From a virus: a DNA stretch of 36,495 bases. Positions 34,404-36,495 of this stretch are shown here, piece by piece (position 1 is the first letter of the stretch; each line of letters opens with the position of its first letter). The stretch lies in the UHGV virus genome UHGV-0114752; one strand, given 5' to 3'. Position numbers and translations under genes: made by a program. The notes under the pieces are model-generated. The model ran no database searches. It was not told the origin of the DNA and worked only from the letters and a program-made list of their open reading frames with translations.

Positions 34404-36495
34404 AGATGATATACGCTGATAGAATGTCTGTCTTCTTTGCGTCCGTCAATGCGAAACGCAACCTCGTATCCGTGGAAGAAGGCCCGCTTAGAACCTCATG
34501 CCCTCTACCGTTATTAAGATACACGCTCAACTCCTGTGTGTCATTCTTATTCGCCCCCAAGGGAGCAGAATAATCTAGAGCTTCAATCACGGCTTGAATT
34601 CGAGGATAGCCATATGCTTTCCCTGCGTCACCTGTCATTGGTATGTTAGGAGCAACATCATCAGACGCATCACGCGAGACTTGATATCTCAATTGCGATA
34701 TCTTGGTGGTCATCGCAGGGATGATATAGTTCGACGTGTTGCCCATCGGCAAGGAGATGAACTCGGACTCTATGTGCAACCCCCATATGACGTTTGAAAA
34801 TGTGCTAGTAGGAGTAGTTGAATAGTTAATCAGCGCATCGTTGCCCATCTCAAAGACAGGATAAAACCCTAAGCGGCCCCCGCCGATCATGCGATCGCTA
34901 ACTTGGTAATAATACGGTCCTTCAAGAGCATATGCCGTGGTCCAGCAAAAGCCTGTAGGAATGCCATATTTGCTGGATGTCGGAGGTGCCGTAGTTATGA
35001 TATCAATCTTGGGAGAGTATTTTGGATAAGGGCTTAGTTCGCCTGCCATGTTTCCCTCCCAACAAAAGGAGTTAGCCAAATAATAATCAAATGGTTCTCC
35101 ATTGAATCCGGCAACCGACCTTGTTTGGAAGACTTCCCAGCTACCACCGAATCCTGCATCGGAGACAGTTGGATTATAGGTAGTTTTCCCGTATTGAGGA
35201 AAGTCAATGCAGGGATGGTCAAAGTCCATGTAGGCCAGATAATACTCCGCATTATCTAAACTGGACGCAACAGGGGGAACAGACCTGATGCAGGCGAATA
35301 TGCCTTCCTGACTCTTCACAGGGTTGTAATAGCAAACCACCTGCTTGAACTGGCCGCCTTGGATATCATGCCAATGCCAACCTTGAATCTCCTGCGTGCG
35401 GTTGAATAGAAAGCCGATCATTTTGCCATCACCAGTAGTCCCCCACCAAATAGGGTCAGGGTCTTTCATGATGCTCTGTGATGTGATGCCGGATTCCAGA
35501 AGGTCTGTCGCTGCGATGGAAACATCTTCGGATTGGTACCCATCAATTTGAAAAGAATAAAGGGAATGAATAAGGCCTCTCTTATCCTTGGGGACAAAGA
35601 ATAGGCTCTCGGTCATCAATTCCCCCTGAAAAGCAGATGACCCCCATCGGCTCTGTTCTTTAATCGTAGGGATTGGACTGTTAATATCATCATCATTAAT
35701 CACCCATTCCCCAATGTCCGTGCCAACAATTAAATCCTTGGAAGAAGAAAGCCATTGGATGATCTGTGCCTGATTCGCTCCAATGGTAAGATTCCATCCT
35801 GAATCAGCTTGGTCATCAACTGTGAAATCTTCGTATCTGTCCACACGAGACGCCCAAATCGTCTGTGGCTGGGCCTTGGTCCCAGCAAAAACAAGACGGC
35901 CTCGCCTGATAGTAACGGCAGAAGGATATCCCTTCTGAACATTAAAGGCGCTTTTTACTAGAGTGTTGAAATAGTAAATAATTTTATATTTATTTACGCC
36001 GACAAGTTTTCTTTCGACAAAATAGTTCAGTCTAAAATAATTAGTGGCAATATCATTAAAAAAATTAGTACGATCAGGACAAAATGCCATTGGCAAAATG
36101 TTAATATTCCTTAACACTGTCCCATTATTTGCACTGCCATTATAATTTTTCTGGTTAATGTAAGTAGCAAATGGATAGGAATTAATCGAAACCGTATCGG
36201 CACATGTCAGCTCAACGGGAAGATTTCTAATAGCTTCATCCGTATGAATGCCATTTGTAGCTGAATTTGTAAAAGCGAATCCAAGAAAATATCCATGCGG
36301 GGCGCTTCCTGTAATAGTAACTCGCCTCTTAGCTGGTTGGGAAGCGTTCGATACATTAGCAATGGATACACCTTTATTCAAGCCTGGGAACGTTTCTCTA
36401 ATACTCATCCCCGAAACATAGAAGGCATAGCTATTATCAAACTCTTTTCCTACATCAATCTTCCATTCCCCCTGAACGTAAGCAAATATGATATT
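34384..36495 (-). CDS. Large virion protein, N-terminus not in window (at least 703 aa; track lists 674 aa from Met at 36408). Candidate nozzle / tail-tubular-B-like protein
   Basis: Frame stays open for 29 further codons upstream of Met 36408 to the window edge, with the codon boundary exactly at 36495. Aromatic/Gly/Asn-rich beta-type composition. Confidence 0.55.
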   Translation of the reverse strand, partial: NIIFAYVQGEWKIDVGKEFDNSYAFYVSGMSIRETFPGLNKGVSIANVSNASQPAKRRVTITGSAPHGYFLGFAFTNSATNGIHTDEAIRNLPVELTCADTVSINSYPFATYINQKNYNGSANNGTVLRNINILPMAFCPDRTNFFNDIATNYFRLNYFVERKLVGVNKYKIIYYFNTLVKSAFNVQKGYPSAVTIRRGRLVFAGTKAQPQTIWASRVDRYEDFTVDDQADSGWNLTIGANQAQIIQWLSSSKDLIVGTDIGEWVINDDDINSPIPTIKEQSRWGSSAFQGELMTESLFFVPKDKRGLIHSLYSFQIDGYQSEDVSIAATDLLESGITSQSIMKDPDPIWWGTTGDGKMIGFLFNRTQEIQGWHWHDIQGGQFKQVVCYYNPVKSQEGIFACIRSVPPVASSLDNAEYYLAYMDFDHPCIDFPQYGKTTYNPTVSDAGFGGSWEVFQTRSVAGFNGEPFDYYLANSFCWEGNMAGELSPYPKYSPKIDIITTAPPTSSKYGIPTGFCWTTAYALEGPYYYQVSDRMIGGGRLGFYPVFEMGNDALINYSTTPTSTFSNVIWGLHIESEFISLPMGNTSNYIIPAMTTKISQLRYQVSRDASDDVAPNIPMTGDAGKAYGYPRIQAVIEALDYSAPLGANKNDTQELSVYLNNGRGHEVLSGPSSTDTRLRFALTDAKKTDILSAYIIYDSDLV

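Overview
The window reads as a bacteriophage genome, or a large part of one. Gene order, protein sizes and readable motifs support this; no database search was possible.

Layout:
- **Virion module, minus strand, 9603 down to 1.** Two low-complexity E/G/K/R-rich proteins (TerS candidates), large terminase, portal, scaffold, major capsid candidate, three more virion proteins, and an ORF (start 882) still open at the window start.
- **Tail/ejection module, minus strand, 36495 down to 21310.** An ORF open at the window end, then 281-aa, 670-aa and 2032-aa proteins, a tail-fibre-like protein, two small ORFs, and a lysis cassette of three small ORFs (two carrying a TM segment) and an Amidase_3-type endolysin.
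- **Early/accessory region, plus strand, 10133 to 21392.** It is interrupted by a two-gene minus-strand block (16543 to 17586).

The reading frame is continuous across the window ends. If the sequence is circular, the two open minus-strand ORFs join into one gene of about 997 aa, and the structural operon has T7-like order (portal, scaffold, capsid, adaptor, nozzle, core proteins, fibre). No RNA polymerase or DNA polymerase gene is visible in the window.

The plus-strand region carries:
- a RecT-like annealing protein, a Cas4/RecB-like Fe-S exonuclease and a RuvC-like resolvase;
- a DnaC-like ATPase on the opposite strand;
- an AT-rich island (about 13.0 to 16.5 kb) with a GS-like amidoligase and an N-terminal-Cys glutamine-amidotransferase-like hydrolase. 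This pairing recurs in phages but has no known function, and is the best candidate here for an uncharacterised system.

Other notable signals:
- a 34-nt homopolymeric G run two bases after the tail-fibre stop codon;
- a 1.1-kb non-coding region with iterated repeats and promoter-like elements;
- paired intrinsic terminators between scaffold and capsid;
- AC-rich leaders without Shine-Dalgarno sequences;
- a polypurine-coded block upstream of the terminase.

No tRNA, CRISPR array, integrase or repressor was found.
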